Positions 27,604 to 38,705 of a stretch of DNA of 64,000 nucleotides are shown piece by piece. Position numbers and translations under genes: made by a program. This DNA comes from an uncultured virus (IMG/VR IMGVR_UViG_3300008113_000102) (taxonomy: Duplodnaviria; Heunggongvirae; Uroviricota; Caudoviricetes): the IMG/VR virus record IMGVR_UViG_3300008113_000102. One strand, 5' to 3'. Each line of letters begins with the position of its first letter. Position 1 is the stretch's first letter. The notes beneath the pieces were generated by a model. The model made no database searches and was not told where the DNA came from. It worked only from the letters and a program-made list of their open reading frames with translations.

Positions 27604-30600
27604 TTATTCGTCATCATTATCGCCAATTCCTAGTTCAGCCCAAGCTTCCCTTAAATCAGCTTGAACACCCGGATCCTCTGCTTCTTTTTGACCAAACATC
27701 TCCAATTTAGTTATTCTTGTAGCAATTTTTTTAATTTTACTAAGCGCATCAGCCAATTCTTGCTTTGTAGCAACATCTGGGCCTTCTCCCTCAACTTTCT
27801 TATAAACTATATTACCTTTATCATCAGTCACAGGGAAGCCATCTTTATGTATCACTTCAATAAATTCCTTTAATAAAGCATCATTTTGTTTAGCAAATTC
27901 ATCAAACTCACTTTTTGTTATTTTCCTTCCTCCATCCTTATAATTAGACATAAGATATCTATCCATTGAGGATGAATTTAAATTATTGTTCAATAATGAC
28001 TTAATATCCCTTTGATCAAATGTTTTTTCATTTTGAATTTTTAATCCATAGAAAGTAGGAATAGCGTACAAAAACGCTTCAGCACCAGTAGCATCATAAG
28101 ACTTTCTTAAATCTTGCACAAATAATGGTTCAAATAAATCTGAAGGAAGATTACTGTAGTCATAAGGCTTACCAGTAAATGTCTTTCTAGTAACCATGTC
28201 AGCTCCAATTCCAAGGAACGGATTTGCCTTACCTCTAAAGAACTTATAACTTTCCTGAACTATATCAGCTTTTCTAGTTTCTCCTGTAACTCCTTTTTTA
28301 GTAGCTGTTAACAATAAAGTTAAATATCTAACAACAGAACTATATGGTCCTAATAAATTCAAAGACCAACCTGTTTTAGTGTTTTTTATTTGACCAAATG
28401 TAACACTTTCTGGATCCGCATCTACTTCTACATCATCTTGCATAGAAGCAGCAGCCATAATTAAAAATACTGTTGATAAACTTCTTACAGTAGCTTGGAT
28501 TGCTTTTGCTCTACCTTCTGGGTTCATATTACTATAATACCCCATAGGTTTGCCTTTCTTATCTTTTTTACCCCATAACTTATTAGAAACAAGGTCACTT
28601 AATCCTAATTTATTTAATGTTGATGCCAATAACTTAGGTGACCATAATACAGCGCTTAGAAACCCTTTAGAGCTTTTAAACATTGTTTCACCTCTTCCCG
28701 TAAAGTTATTAACCCTACTTGCTAAATCCTGATAATCCTTTAAACTATTATCAATAGTCTTACCTTGATCCATTAAATCTTGCGCTCCATTTATAAATAA
28801 ACTAACGCGCATTTCATTACCAAACCCAGCAAATAATCTTTCAAATGGAGAAGTAGTATATTTATCAGCACCTACTCTTTCTAATAAGTTCTTTTCACCG
28901 AAAACATCGTCTTTTAATTTAGTCTTAAAACCTCTTGGATCTAATATATCAAGTTTAGATTTTTCAATCATGTTCCATAAAGGCTTGTTTTCGTATATTT
29001 CAACTAACCTTCTTCTAAGTACAGCTTCACTTTTTGCTGCCGCAAGTTGAAATTTAAGTGCCTGTAAAGCAGGTTTTTCTTTACTTATAGTAAAATTATA
29101 AGCAGCAGGATTTAATGCCGACTTCCCCTTTTGTTTTCTAATTTTCACTCCCCATGATTCCAAATCCATCATTGCAGAAGCATTTTGAATAAATACACCA
29201 GAGTTATCAAAACCAGCTTTTAAAGCCATAACTGTATTTAAAAACTCTTTACCAAATTGCTTGGCTTTACCGGGAATTCCTTCTTTTTCTATTCTATCCT
29301 TTTGTGAAGCCATTAAAAATGCATGCTTCATTTCATCAACCTTATTTAGACCGTCTATGTATTTATTATACGAATAAGGATATTTCTTTTTTAGTTCAGG
29401 ATTTTCTATAAATGATTCAGGTCTTTCAGTAGGTTCAAACTCCTTGTTTTCAATTTTTCTTTTTATTTCAGCAGCTTTTGCCTCATTTCTAGCAATCAAT
29501 GATTTTAACTTAGATTCATCATAATAACCAGATTCTTTTCTTAATTCTCTAAGCTCCTTTTCTTTTGCAGATATTTCTGCATTTTTTTGAATCTGCTTTT
29601 TTTCTGGCAACTCTACTTTTGGACCATATTTCAAATCATATATTTCAGAAGCTAATTTAGCTTCCTTATTTATATTTGCTAGATTTGCTTTGGCTTCATT
29701 TATAGCTTGATTTTTTTTCTCCTTGTATTTTCCAGCAATTATATCTACAATATCTTTTTTTGTAATCCCTTCAATTTGATCTTTTAATAAATCATAAGCT
29801 TTATTAACAGCGTCATCTAATTTACTAACTCCATCTTCAGCATAAACTTTAACTAATTTTGCTACATCAGGAGCTATGGCAACTAATTGAGCAGAAAATG
29901 GAAATGGAACTGCTGTTAATCCGCCAGCACCTTTTGATGCCCTATTCCATTTTTCTTTTATGCTTTCAAGTATATCTTCCCTTTCTTTTTTATAGTCTTT
30001 TTTAGGAGCCTTTTCTTTCTTTTCTTTTTTTACTTCAGTATTAATCTTAGCCATTTCTTGTTCGGCTAACATCTTTGCATTTAAATCTTCTAACTCTTCC
30101 TTTTCTTTTTTTAACTTTTCAACTTCTTTTTGTATTTTCTCATAATCCTCAATAACCTTTTTCATTTGGCTATCGGTCAATTCATCTACACCATTAGCAT
30201 CTCTTACTACTGTAACATAATCACTAAGTGTTTGTAATTGTTCTAATGGCGCATAAGCAGTACCTTGTAAAGCCCTAAAATCTCTACCCATAGTAGCGGC
30301 AGAAATCAATTTAGCTTCTGTAAACCTAGCTAAATCCCTTTGTATTTTTTTATTGAATGGATCTTCAACCAATGCCTTATCTAATGTAGCTGCATAAATC
30401 TTTAATATTTCAGACTCAACAGCACTTGTACCTTCACCCTGCTCCATTCTCCTAATCAAAGCATCAAAATCATACCCATTTGCTATTTGATCAGCAGCTT
30501 GTTGCTTAATTTCAGCATCAGTAACAACTTTGCCATCAATTACTGGCAATCCGTTTTCTAATCTTCTTTGCTCAATTTCAGCCTTGGTAATACCTCTTAT

Positions 30601-30867
30601 GGCTTCTTCATTGCTTTGAGCTTCTTCGGTAGCTTCAGCCCTTTGCTGGCTTGATCGTATTCCTTCACTACTTTCGGTGATATTTTTCCCTGTGCCTCTA
30701 GGACGTGAAACTTTTTCCTCTGCGCTTCGCTCTTGTATGGCATTTTGGATAGTTTTTAAATTAGATAAATCTTGAGTTAAAAGATAGCTTTTAAGCTCCG
30801 GTTCGGTCATTTCTTTGAACTCTCCGGGCTTAATTTCAATAATATATTTACAAGGGTTTTGTGCCAT
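27604..30867 (-). CDS. Large internal virion or ejection protein
   Basis: 1087 aa, coiled-coil-rich, position after tail genes. Confidence 0.6.
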   Translation of the reverse strand: MAQNPCKYIIEIKPGEFKEMTEPELKSYLLTQDLSNLKTIQNAIQERSAEEKVSRPRGTGKNITESSEGIRSSQQRAEATEEAQSNEEAIRGITKAEIEQRRLENGLPVIDGKVVTDAEIKQQAADQIANGYDFDALIRRMEQGEGTSAVESEILKIYAATLDKALVEDPFNKKIQRDLARFTEAKLISAATMGRDFRALQGTAYAPLEQLQTLSDYVTVVRDANGVDELTDSQMKKVIEDYEKIQKEVEKLKKEKEELEDLNAKMLAEQEMAKINTEVKKEKKEKAPKKDYKKEREDILESIKEKWNRASKGAGGLTAVPFPFSAQLVAIAPDVAKLVKVYAEDGVSKLDDAVNKAYDLLKDQIEGITKKDIVDIIAGKYKEKKNQAINEAKANLANINKEAKLASEIYDLKYGPKVELPEKKQIQKNAEISAKEKELRELRKESGYYDESKLKSLIARNEAKAAEIKRKIENKEFEPTERPESFIENPELKKKYPYSYNKYIDGLNKVDEMKHAFLMASQKDRIEKEGIPGKAKQFGKEFLNTVMALKAGFDNSGVFIQNASAMMDLESWGVKIRKQKGKSALNPAAYNFTISKEKPALQALKFQLAAAKSEAVLRRRLVEIYENKPLWNMIEKSKLDILDPRGFKTKLKDDVFGEKNLLERVGADKYTTSPFERLFAGFGNEMRVSLFINGAQDLMDQGKTIDNSLKDYQDLASRVNNFTGRGETMFKSSKGFLSAVLWSPKLLASTLNKLGLSDLVSNKLWGKKDKKGKPMGYYSNMNPEGRAKAIQATVRSLSTVFLIMAAASMQDDVEVDADPESVTFGQIKNTKTGWSLNLLGPYSSVVRYLTLLLTATKKGVTGETRKADIVQESYKFFRGKANPFLGIGADMVTRKTFTGKPYDYSNLPSDLFEPLFVQDLRKSYDATGAEAFLYAIPTFYGLKIQNEKTFDQRDIKSLLNNNLNSSSMDRYLMSNYKDGGRKITKSEFDEFAKQNDALLKEFIEVIHKDGFPVTDDKGNIVYKKVEGEGPDVATKQELADALSKIKKIATRITKLEMFGQKEAEDPGVQADLREAWAELGIGDNDDE

Positions 30868-31361
30868 TATAAGTCAGATATATGTTCATCAAATTCAAGG
30901 ATTTCCTTAGTTTGTTCTGCTATTTTATACTTAGCAAGTAAATCACCATAATGGCCTACTGCTTTTCTTTGAATTTCAATGAATTGTAAAATGTACTGAG
31001 CCACAGAAACATCTTCATCTTGGGCTTTCTCATAGAAGTCCTTATATTGATTATATACGTCTAATTCAGTATTGTATCCAATCTCTAGGGCATCTCCAAT
31101 ATCTGTCACCTTATCGGTAACTGAATCAATTTTTGGTAGGTCAGCACAGTCACCCATGTCATTCATAAACTCAACGTGCATCTGATAGTGAGTCAATTCC
31201 TCAGCGCTTTCCGCTAAGAAATACTTCTGGCTACCAAATAGCCCTAACTTTTGTAATTGATTAGCCAAGCTCTTCCACAGATTAGATTGGTAAAGTTCTG
31301 CATATACCGCATCTTGCATGCCCTTTTTCATGTTGGGGCTAAGTAATGACTTTATGGACAT
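30867..31361 (-). CDS. Ferritin-like protein
   Basis: AELYQS...ESAEELTH...E...QFIEIQ ferroxidase-type pattern, 164 aa. Confidence 0.8.
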   Translation of the reverse strand: MSIKSLLSPNMKKGMQDAVYAELYQSNLWKSLANQLQKLGLFGSQKYFLAESAEELTHYQMHVEFMNDMGDCADLPKIDSVTDKVTDIGDALEIGYNTELDVYNQYKDFYEKAQDEDVSVAQYILQFIEIQRKAVGHYGDLLAKYKIAEQTKEILEFDEHISDL

Positions 31362-34300
31362 ATTTTTTCTATTTTAAGTTCTTTAAATAATTCATCAAAT
31401 TTACTATTAATTATCTTTCTTTTTTCAATTCTATTTAAATCTTTATAATTAACAATTTCTGTTTTAGTTTCTTTTTTAAATAAATCATTTATTTTTGACT
31501 TATCTAAGCCTATTTGATCAGCTACTTTTAGAATACCTGCTCTAATTTCATTATCCGTTAATCCTTTCCCCCTTTGTATTTCTATAAACTTTCGTATAGA
31601 ATCTTCTTGAGATTCCTTTGAAAACTTAGTTTCACCCTTTATTTTGTTGGTAGTCAGCTCTTTACCTGATAATATATCCGCTAACATACCTTCTAAAAAC
31701 TTGTCTAAAGTTATATTTTCAACTTCTTTAGGGGACAATTTCATTAAAGATTTAAAATTCTCAGATATATATTTGTATAATGATAATAACCACTCCTTAA
31801 ATTTAGCTTTTTGAGATGCATTTACAATTGTATCACCTTTAGATGACATCAACTCCATCAAAGCCTCTTCTCTTGCTAATGGGGTATCTCCGTATTGTTC
31901 TATAGCCTTTTTTAGCTCATTTGTACCCTCTACTAATGACAACCCTTTATTATATAATGGAGCATTATTTTCTTTAACAAACCCAGCCCAAATGTGGCCT
32001 GTTTCATGCAATGCTGCTTTTGTTGTCTTTAAATCAGGATTAATATAAACGTTCCCATCTGTAGTAAACGCATATATTACATCACCATCTTTTAAATGCT
32101 TTTTAACATTTGGCTGCTCTAATGCTGATTGCCAAGCTTCTTGGGTTGTAAAAAATGTTGTTGTAGGGAATGCTTGCCTTAAAAATCCTGATAATTTATC
32201 TACCGCATCTAATCTACCTTTAGCAATAGCTGGACTAAATACTTTATTAGATAATCCTGCTTGAACTGGTAATCCTTGTGAAAAAGATGCTCCTTCTGAT
32301 ATAGAAGCTTTTTTTGCTTCATTTTTAGTTATTATACTTAATACACTTCCATAAGCTTCTCCAAATGCATCTTTCATGTGAACCGGTTGCTCTAATACAC
32401 CAATTGATCCACCTTCTACACCATATGGATAATTAGGATGAGTTGTTTCTACAGGTCCTCCTGCTTTAGCCCATGTTTTTCCTACTTTATTAGCTACTTT
32501 TACACCTACAATACTAGTAATGTGAGTGCTAGGCACATTTTTAGTTGAAGGTTCAGTTAATAAATCTGTTATCTTACCAATATGAATTAAAGATGGATCA
32601 GCATTACCAATTAAATCAACTGATACTTTTGTTTTTGGTTTACTTCTATTAATATCAATTTCTTTTGCCCCAGCAGCTGTTGGACTACCATAAAAAAATT
32701 GATTTACAATAATTGCTCTTTCAGGTAAGGAAAATATTTTTATATCTTTTAATAAATCTACAATGTCAGTATATTTCTTTTCTTGTATAATTTTTAATAT
32801 ATTCTTAGACTGAGATACAACCTTTTCTTTTGCTGCCATTGTAAGAGGCGCATATCTTTTGCCATTAGCATCTGTACCTCTTTTTAACGCATCAGACTCT
32901 GTCTTAACTTTATATTTAAGTGATTCAGCAATATTAGAAACTGCTTGTTTTCTATTCTTTTTAGGTAAAGTTTCTACATTTTGAATACCAGTTCTGAAAA
33001 CAGCTTCATTAGATAGAATTGATGATTCAGCCATTTTAACAACAGCCATTGGTATTTGACCACTTGGTAAATCACCATTCGCCCATGCTTTTTCAAATAA
33101 TGCTTTATTTGAATTATAAACATCTTCAGCATTATTATACAATTTTTCTGCCTCTTCTTTAGTGGTATTTGCCCAAGCCATGTTTTCATGACCTTTAGTA
33201 CCATTAAAACCAATACCACCTTTTAAATCCGTAACAGTTTGTCCTGTATTTGGATTTACAACATCTCCAGTTCTTAATTGATCAGATATTGTAAAGATAA
33301 ATGGATAGCCCTCAAAATCTTTAAAATCAACCTTTTTTAATGGGTAATCTAATCTTGAGTTTAGTTCATCTATATCTACTTTTTCTTTAGTTGTTGATGA
33401 TAAATCTAAATCAACACCTTGATTAAACAAATTCATTTTGTTCATCTGATCTATAACCTCACCTTGTATAGTTTCAGGTGATTTAATAATCTCAGGTTTA
33501 CCTGTTGTTTTAGAAAACTTAACCTCTGATGGCACAATACCTAAATAAGATAATAAATCATCCGCTACTATATCAGATTTTGTTTTTATTATTTTTTTCT
33601 TTTCTTTAGGCTCTGTTTTTGCTTCAGTTGGTTTAACTGCTGCTTTTTTAGTTAATGCATCAATTTCTGAATTTCTGAAATCTAATACAACCTCATCTGT
33701 CTTACTTCTGTTTGCCTTAGCGATTTTATTTATTTCATCTCTAAATTCAGGATTTTTAGCAACTTTTTTACCGCCAGCTGAAAAAAATGCTTGATACTTT
33801 TCAGCATCTGCATTATCTAATATAACATGAACTCTAGGATATGGATTACCATAAGAATCCATTCCTTGGTTTAGTTTAAATTGATTCAATGGTTCTACAC
33901 CACTTACTCCTCCTTCATCTTTCTTTACTCTTTTTGTAAATGACCTTCCCCCTTCTTTTCCTAAAGTAAAATCTGATAGTGGAATAGGCTTAGATTGTTT
34001 AGTACCCGGTATTTTAACTTTTTGTGTTGATACAGGTTCTTCTATTTTAACCTCTTCTTTTACTTCAGTTGGTTTAACTTCTTCTGTTACTTTACTTAGT
34101 TTAACTTCCTCTTTTGGCAATACAAAATCCTTTGCTGTTGATGGAGCTTCCCCATAATCATAAACAATTCTAATTGGAAGATTTTCTGCTCCCATGTCTT
34201 TAGCAACATCTAATCTATTATGCCCATCTGTAAGTCTTGCTTTACCTTCATTTGGGTAATAAGTTACAACTAAAGGTTCTTTAATTCCATTTTTCAATAA

Positions 34301-36064
34301 ATCCCTTTCTAATTCAATTGCATTACCTGTTGCTAAATCAGTTTCTTTTTGAGTTCTTAAATTATTTATTTCTTCAATTGGAAGCAATGTTTTACTTTCG
34401 GTATTATTAATAATATCTGATCCAATTTCTTTTACTTCTCCTTCAGTTGGTTTAACTTCTTCTTTTACTTTAACTTCTGTAGGAGTCACCTCTTCTGTGA
34501 TCATCTCTTCTTCTGTAGGAACCTTACCGTCATCAAAAGATGTTTCTTCATCTTTCTGAGATTTTTTTGATAAATCATCATAAAAAGAAATTATTTGATT
34601 TTTCTCTTTATTTAATTCATTTAATTTATCATTGTATAATCTATCTCTTTTATCTAATGAATTTATAAATTCATCTATTTCTGAAAGCTTTGTTTCTTTT
34701 TCATTTTGAATTTCTAAAGTACTTGGCTTATTTATATTTTCATCAACTATTGATTTAAATACTTCTGCATCGTTTTCAGATATAGTACCATCTTTAACAT
34801 TTTCATTTATTTCATTAACAATAGAAGCTATATCTTCTTGAGTTTTAGCATTCTTTACTTCATCTTCTATATGCTGCTGAACATTTTTTGTTCTTGATCC
34901 AATAGATCCTAATGTGCCACCAAAAATACCACCCATTGCAGCAGCGTTTAAATACCTAGATGCTGCGGTATTCTTCAGCTCTTCTTCATTAAATATTTCA
35001 CTACCTTCTAATTGATTAGCAGCTAATTTAATCAAATCCATAGCACCTTCCTGAGTAGCTTCAGTTGCTCCTTCAGATAATGCAGCTTTTGAACCAGCTT
35101 TTACAGTGTTTTTTAATGCCGTTTTAGTAAGCATTTGAGTTGCTTTGTTTGCAACTGCTTTTTCAAAATCCTTAGCTGCGACTTTTACACCTTTTTTAAC
35201 TAATTCATCTGCCGTTTCCTTTAATATTTTAGATGTAACATACTTAGTAGCTGTACCACTTTTAAGTATATTATCCATACCAAGTTTTTCCAAAACACCA
35301 GCTACAATAGCACCACCAAAACCAAATGCAGTTCTAGTTGTTTCGCTCATGTATTTACCTTCTGGGGTACTATCTATCATAGACAACGCATCATCATACC
35401 CTTGAATACCAAAGCTTGCGCCTCCCGTTGCGGAAGCAGCCCCAATATCCACAAGCATTGATGGCAAAATGGCCCCAAGACCTTTTATGTCATCTAAACC
35501 AATACCATTTGTTACATCAAATCCTTCAGCTAAACCTTGTTCGTATTCTTTAGAAGAAGAATTAGATCTAGCTTTACCAATAAAATTACTAATTTTATCT
35601 CTTGCTTCTTTTTCTCTTTGCGCCTCATAATTTATACCAGTAACACTAGAAGCTGCTTTATCTACAGCTTCCTGTATCCTAGAAACTGGACTAGAGTCAA
35701 ATTTTTGAGCTAACCAAGCTGCACCACCTGCTAATCTTTGCGCACTTGCTACTACGTTATTCCACTGAGCGCCTAAATAACTATTGTTATTGTTCTTATC
35801 TTTTATCGCAGCTTCTTTCAGTGTTGTTTTCGGAACAGACTTACTAATATCAGTAAAAATCTTTCCCGAAGCCACATTTTGACCTTGCTGTAAAAAATTA
35901 GGCTCGTTTGGTAATCGTGATGGTATACCCGAAGATATTAAATTCCCGGCTTTTTTTTTTAAATCAGTTTCAGGAACAGCGTATTTATCCCATTTACTTT
36001 CACTATCATTAACCACATATTTATCCCACTTACCACCTTGATTATCTAATTTATTTTCTGCCAT
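31352..36064 (-). CDS. Large polyvalent internal virion protein (ParB-like and zincin-like domains)
   Basis: GIKEPLVV...TDGHNRL; ALHETGH...EEAL; EGATEATQE in an Ala/Gly-rich N-terminal part. Confidence 0.7.
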   Translation of the reverse strand: MAENKLDNQGGKWDKYVVNDSESKWDKYAVPETDLKKKAGNLISSGIPSRLPNEPNFLQQGQNVASGKIFTDISKSVPKTTLKEAAIKDKNNNNSYLGAQWNNVVASAQRLAGGAAWLAQKFDSSPVSRIQEAVDKAASSVTGINYEAQREKEARDKISNFIGKARSNSSSKEYEQGLAEGFDVTNGIGLDDIKGLGAILPSMLVDIGAASATGGASFGIQGYDDALSMIDSTPEGKYMSETTRTAFGFGGAIVAGVLEKLGMDNILKSGTATKYVTSKILKETADELVKKGVKVAAKDFEKAVANKATQMLTKTALKNTVKAGSKAALSEGATEATQEGAMDLIKLAANQLEGSEIFNEEELKNTAASRYLNAAAMGGIFGGTLGSIGSRTKNVQQHIEDEVKNAKTQEDIASIVNEINENVKDGTISENDAEVFKSIVDENINKPSTLEIQNEKETKLSEIDEFINSLDKRDRLYNDKLNELNKEKNQIISFYDDLSKKSQKDEETSFDDGKVPTEEEMITEEVTPTEVKVKEEVKPTEGEVKEIGSDIINNTESKTLLPIEEINNLRTQKETDLATGNAIELERDLLKNGIKEPLVVTYYPNEGKARLTDGHNRLDVAKDMGAENLPIRIVYDYGEAPSTAKDFVLPKEEVKLSKVTEEVKPTEVKEEVKIEEPVSTQKVKIPGTKQSKPIPLSDFTLGKEGGRSFTKRVKKDEGGVSGVEPLNQFKLNQGMDSYGNPYPRVHVILDNADAEKYQAFFSAGGKKVAKNPEFRDEINKIAKANRSKTDEVVLDFRNSEIDALTKKAAVKPTEAKTEPKEKKKIIKTKSDIVADDLLSYLGIVPSEVKFSKTTGKPEIIKSPETIQGEVIDQMNKMNLFNQGVDLDLSSTTKEKVDIDELNSRLDYPLKKVDFKDFEGYPFIFTISDQLRTGDVVNPNTGQTVTDLKGGIGFNGTKGHENMAWANTTKEEAEKLYNNAEDVYNSNKALFEKAWANGDLPSGQIPMAVVKMAESSILSNEAVFRTGIQNVETLPKKNRKQAVSNIAESLKYKVKTESDALKRGTDANGKRYAPLTMAAKEKVVSQSKNILKIIQEKKYTDIVDLLKDIKIFSLPERAIIVNQFFYGSPTAAGAKEIDINRSKPKTKVSVDLIGNADPSLIHIGKITDLLTEPSTKNVPSTHITSIVGVKVANKVGKTWAKAGGPVETTHPNYPYGVEGGSIGVLEQPVHMKDAFGEAYGSVLSIITKNEAKKASISEGASFSQGLPVQAGLSNKVFSPAIAKGRLDAVDKLSGFLRQAFPTTTFFTTQEAWQSALEQPNVKKHLKDGDVIYAFTTDGNVYINPDLKTTKAALHETGHIWAGFVKENNAPLYNKGLSLVEGTNELKKAIEQYGDTPLAREEALMELMSSKGDTIVNASQKAKFKEWLLSLYKYISENFKSLMKLSPKEVENITLDKFLEGMLADILSGKELTTNKIKGETKFSKESQEDSIRKFIEIQRGKGLTDNEIRAGILKVADQIGLDKSKINDLFKKETKTEIVNYKDLNRIEKRKIINSKFDELFKELKIEKICP

Positions 36065-36065
36065 C

Positions 36066-37448
36066 TTATCCTTTTTTTGCTTTTGGATTATCTTTTAAAA
36101 ACTCATCAACTTGATCAGAAGGTATATTATACCTTTTACCATTTAAAATATATGGTACCGATTTAGGCCCATAATCAGGTTGCTCTCCTTTTCTTGGCTC
36201 TGTATTATATTTTAATTGATAATTATACATCCCTCTTCTATCAATAACACCTGTTTTTTTATTTACAAATTTAACAGGAGTTCCATTTTCAAATGTAACA
36301 TCAAAACTTGATACATTTTTTGCAAGTGGTATAACACTAAATATTTCTGCTGGTAAATTTTCTCTTTTTATAACCATTTTACCGCTATAAGGGTTCCCGT
36401 TTTTATCAAAAGCTTGGCCATTTTTAATATAAGTGTTTCCTGAAATAGTTGAAGCATCTGGTAGTGTATCAAAAAGATTTGCACCCTCTCCACCTGAACC
36501 TGTATTTATAGCATTTCTATTTAAAGCAGATCTTACATCTTGCCTTTTTTGGCCTTCAGTAAAATACCATTCTTTTGTAAAATCATATCCAGTTTTATCT
36601 TCTCTTTTTGGTTGTTTGGTAGCTATACCAAAAGCAACTGCTAAATCTGCTGGATTTTTTATATCTGTACCAAAATATTTTTTATAAGTAGGATTCAATT
36701 GATTAACAAAATCCTTGTCTTTAATTAAATTATTGTATTGTTCTTGTGTACCTAAATTATCTCTAAAATAACTTCTTGCTCTTTGATCGTATGCTCTAAC
36801 AACATCTGGAGTGATTGATTCAACTTTAACTTCCTTAACACGACCAGTTGGTTTGCCATTAAGAACTTGCTCTTCAACTTCAATTCTACCCGGCAAATCT
36901 ATTCCTTTCCATGTTTTATCTGAAAAAACCAAATCATCATGTGGATCATATATATCTACTTGCATCATATCTGGAGGTGTGTAACCAGCACCCACAGGCA
37001 ACATTGATTTATTTAATACGTCTAAATAGTTATCAGAAACATGCTTACCAGACTTGATGGCTTGATTAATATAATCCTTAAATGCTTTTCTTTCAGCGGT
37101 AGCTTGCTTTCCTTGTTCAATATATCCCTGCAAATCCTTAAACCCAGCCATTAATGTAGACTGAGCATCATATCCATACTTTGACGGATTGGTAATTGCT
37201 TGTTTATTTTTAATTCCGTATTCTTGAACTTCTTTTAATTTCTTGGCAAAAATATCAAGCTCTGCTTTAGATAAACCAGCAGGGTTTATACTTTTTTCCC
37301 AGTCTTTAAAATACTTATCTGTAGCTTCGGCTTGCGCGCGCTGCTTTTGCATAAGACCAATAGCTAACTGAGTTGGCTTAGATGTAAAATCTATTGCCAC
37401 ATTTCCTCCTCTATATGGGTTTACACCCAATAATCCTGTACTAGCCAT
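36066..37448 (-). CDS. Putative internal virion protein
   Basis: 460 aa; module context. Confidence 0.55.
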   Translation of the reverse strand: MASTGLLGVNPYRGGNVAIDFTSKPTQLAIGLMQKQRAQAEATDKYFKDWEKSINPAGLSKAELDIFAKKLKEVQEYGIKNKQAITNPSKYGYDAQSTLMAGFKDLQGYIEQGKQATAERKAFKDYINQAIKSGKHVSDNYLDVLNKSMLPVGAGYTPPDMMQVDIYDPHDDLVFSDKTWKGIDLPGRIEVEEQVLNGKPTGRVKEVKVESITPDVVRAYDQRARSYFRDNLGTQEQYNNLIKDKDFVNQLNPTYKKYFGTDIKNPADLAVAFGIATKQPKREDKTGYDFTKEWYFTEGQKRQDVRSALNRNAINTGSGGEGANLFDTLPDASTISGNTYIKNGQAFDKNGNPYSGKMVIKRENLPAEIFSVIPLAKNVSSFDVTFENGTPVKFVNKKTGVIDRRGMYNYQLKYNTEPRKGEQPDYGPKSVPYILNGKRYNIPSDQVDEFLKDNPKAKKG

Positions 37449-38211
37449 TTGTATTTCTTAATTTTGCGGTTAGAGTAGGTATATTACGTCCTGTAGTTCT
37501 TATTCTGCTATTATTTTGAGGAATATAAGATTGATTAAGTTTAGCAGAACGAGCATCAGCCATAACTTGACGTAAATCCGGTTGTTGATCAACTACTGGA
37601 GGTTTTACTGGGTTATCCATATATGTAGCATAAGAAAGAGCATTGCTTAAACCTTGTCCTACCATTTGCATACCAGCATTATATCTTTCACCAGCAGCAG
37701 CTCCTTTCATTTGTTCTAATTGAAGTTTACGCTGATAAGGTGTCATTACATTTATATCAAATAATTCATCCTCATTCGCCTTTTTCATTTGAGTAGCTCT
37801 TCCTAATTCAGAAAATCTTTGAGCTTTCATTTGTTCTGCTTGAGCAACTGCGCCTTGAGAAGCGCCTCTTTCTATTCCACCAAGCCTAGAAATTCCACCA
37901 ATAGCAGACCTTCTATCTTGTAAAGCACTTAAACCAGAAGCTGTTGTTCTTCTAGCATTTTGCATCGCTTGTTGATAAGCGGCTGATTGGTAAGGACTTT
38001 CTTGGTATCTATTTAAAGCTTGTTGATAGTAATCATTTAATGATTTACTTTCTTTCCTTAATGGACTGTTTGCGGCCTGTCTTTCAAGTTCAGCTTGCGC
38101 TCTTTTTTGCTGCCTATTTGCATTTGCCATTTGAACACCGCCCATAGCAAGTGATCCAGCTGTACCTACGGCTGCAATTGTACCAGCAACTCCTAATGCT
38201 GCAAAACTCAT
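37441..38211 (-). CDS. Putative DNA ejection (pilot) protein
   Basis: Gly/Ala hydrophobic N-terminus followed by Gln/Ala-rich helices. Confidence 0.6.
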   Translation of the reverse strand: MSFAALGVAGTIAAVGTAGSLAMGGVQMANANRQQKRAQAELERQAANSPLRKESKSLNDYYQQALNRYQESPYQSAAYQQAMQNARRTTASGLSALQDRRSAIGGISRLGGIERGASQGAVAQAEQMKAQRFSELGRATQMKKANEDELFDINVMTPYQRKLQLEQMKGAAAGERYNAGMQMVGQGLSNALSYATYMDNPVKPPVVDQQPDLRQVMADARSAKLNQSYIPQNNSRIRTTGRNIPTLTAKLRNTNG

Positions 38212-38705
38212 AATTCTAAATTTTTAGTATTACTCAATATTTTTCTATACTCTTTTCCAATATCAGTGCCTGTTATAAGATTTATATGTGGCTCTAATAT
38301 TTTATCTTCTATCTTTTCCACTATCTTCACCTTTTCTTCTTCACTTAAATCATTGTAATCAGATTTCATCCCATCTATTCTGTGAAATGTAGTCCAAATA
38401 CAATCTTCAATTATGAATAAAATCCTCCTTGTTCCGGGCTTTGTAATCCCAGTATAAGGAGCCGTTATTTCATACCATTCTTGCGCATCTATTGAAACAG
38501 CCGCTTTACCATAAGATACAACATACGGATGCTCCGTTTTATGTATTTTACTTGTCCATAAAGATCCAGCTGGCATAAATATTTCTCTAATATACATACC
38601 ATCCGTAAACTTATGAACTAGCGGCGCATCTATTAATTCATTAGGACATTCCATTATAGCTGCTTCTAAATTATCAACTATACTGTCATTTTCCCTAATA
38701 ATCAT
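38208..38705 (-). CDS. Cupin-like phage protein
   Basis: HKFTDGMYIREIFMPAG...KIHKTEH...KPGTRR...WTTFH. Confidence 0.7.
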   Translation of the reverse strand: MIIRENDSIVDNLEAAIMECPNELIDAPLVHKFTDGMYIREIFMPAGSLWTSKIHKTEHPYVVSYGKAAVSIDAQEWYEITAPYTGITKPGTRRILFIIEDCIWTTFHRIDGMKSDYNDLSEEEKVKIVEKIEDKILEPHINLITGTDIGKEYRKILSNTKNLEL

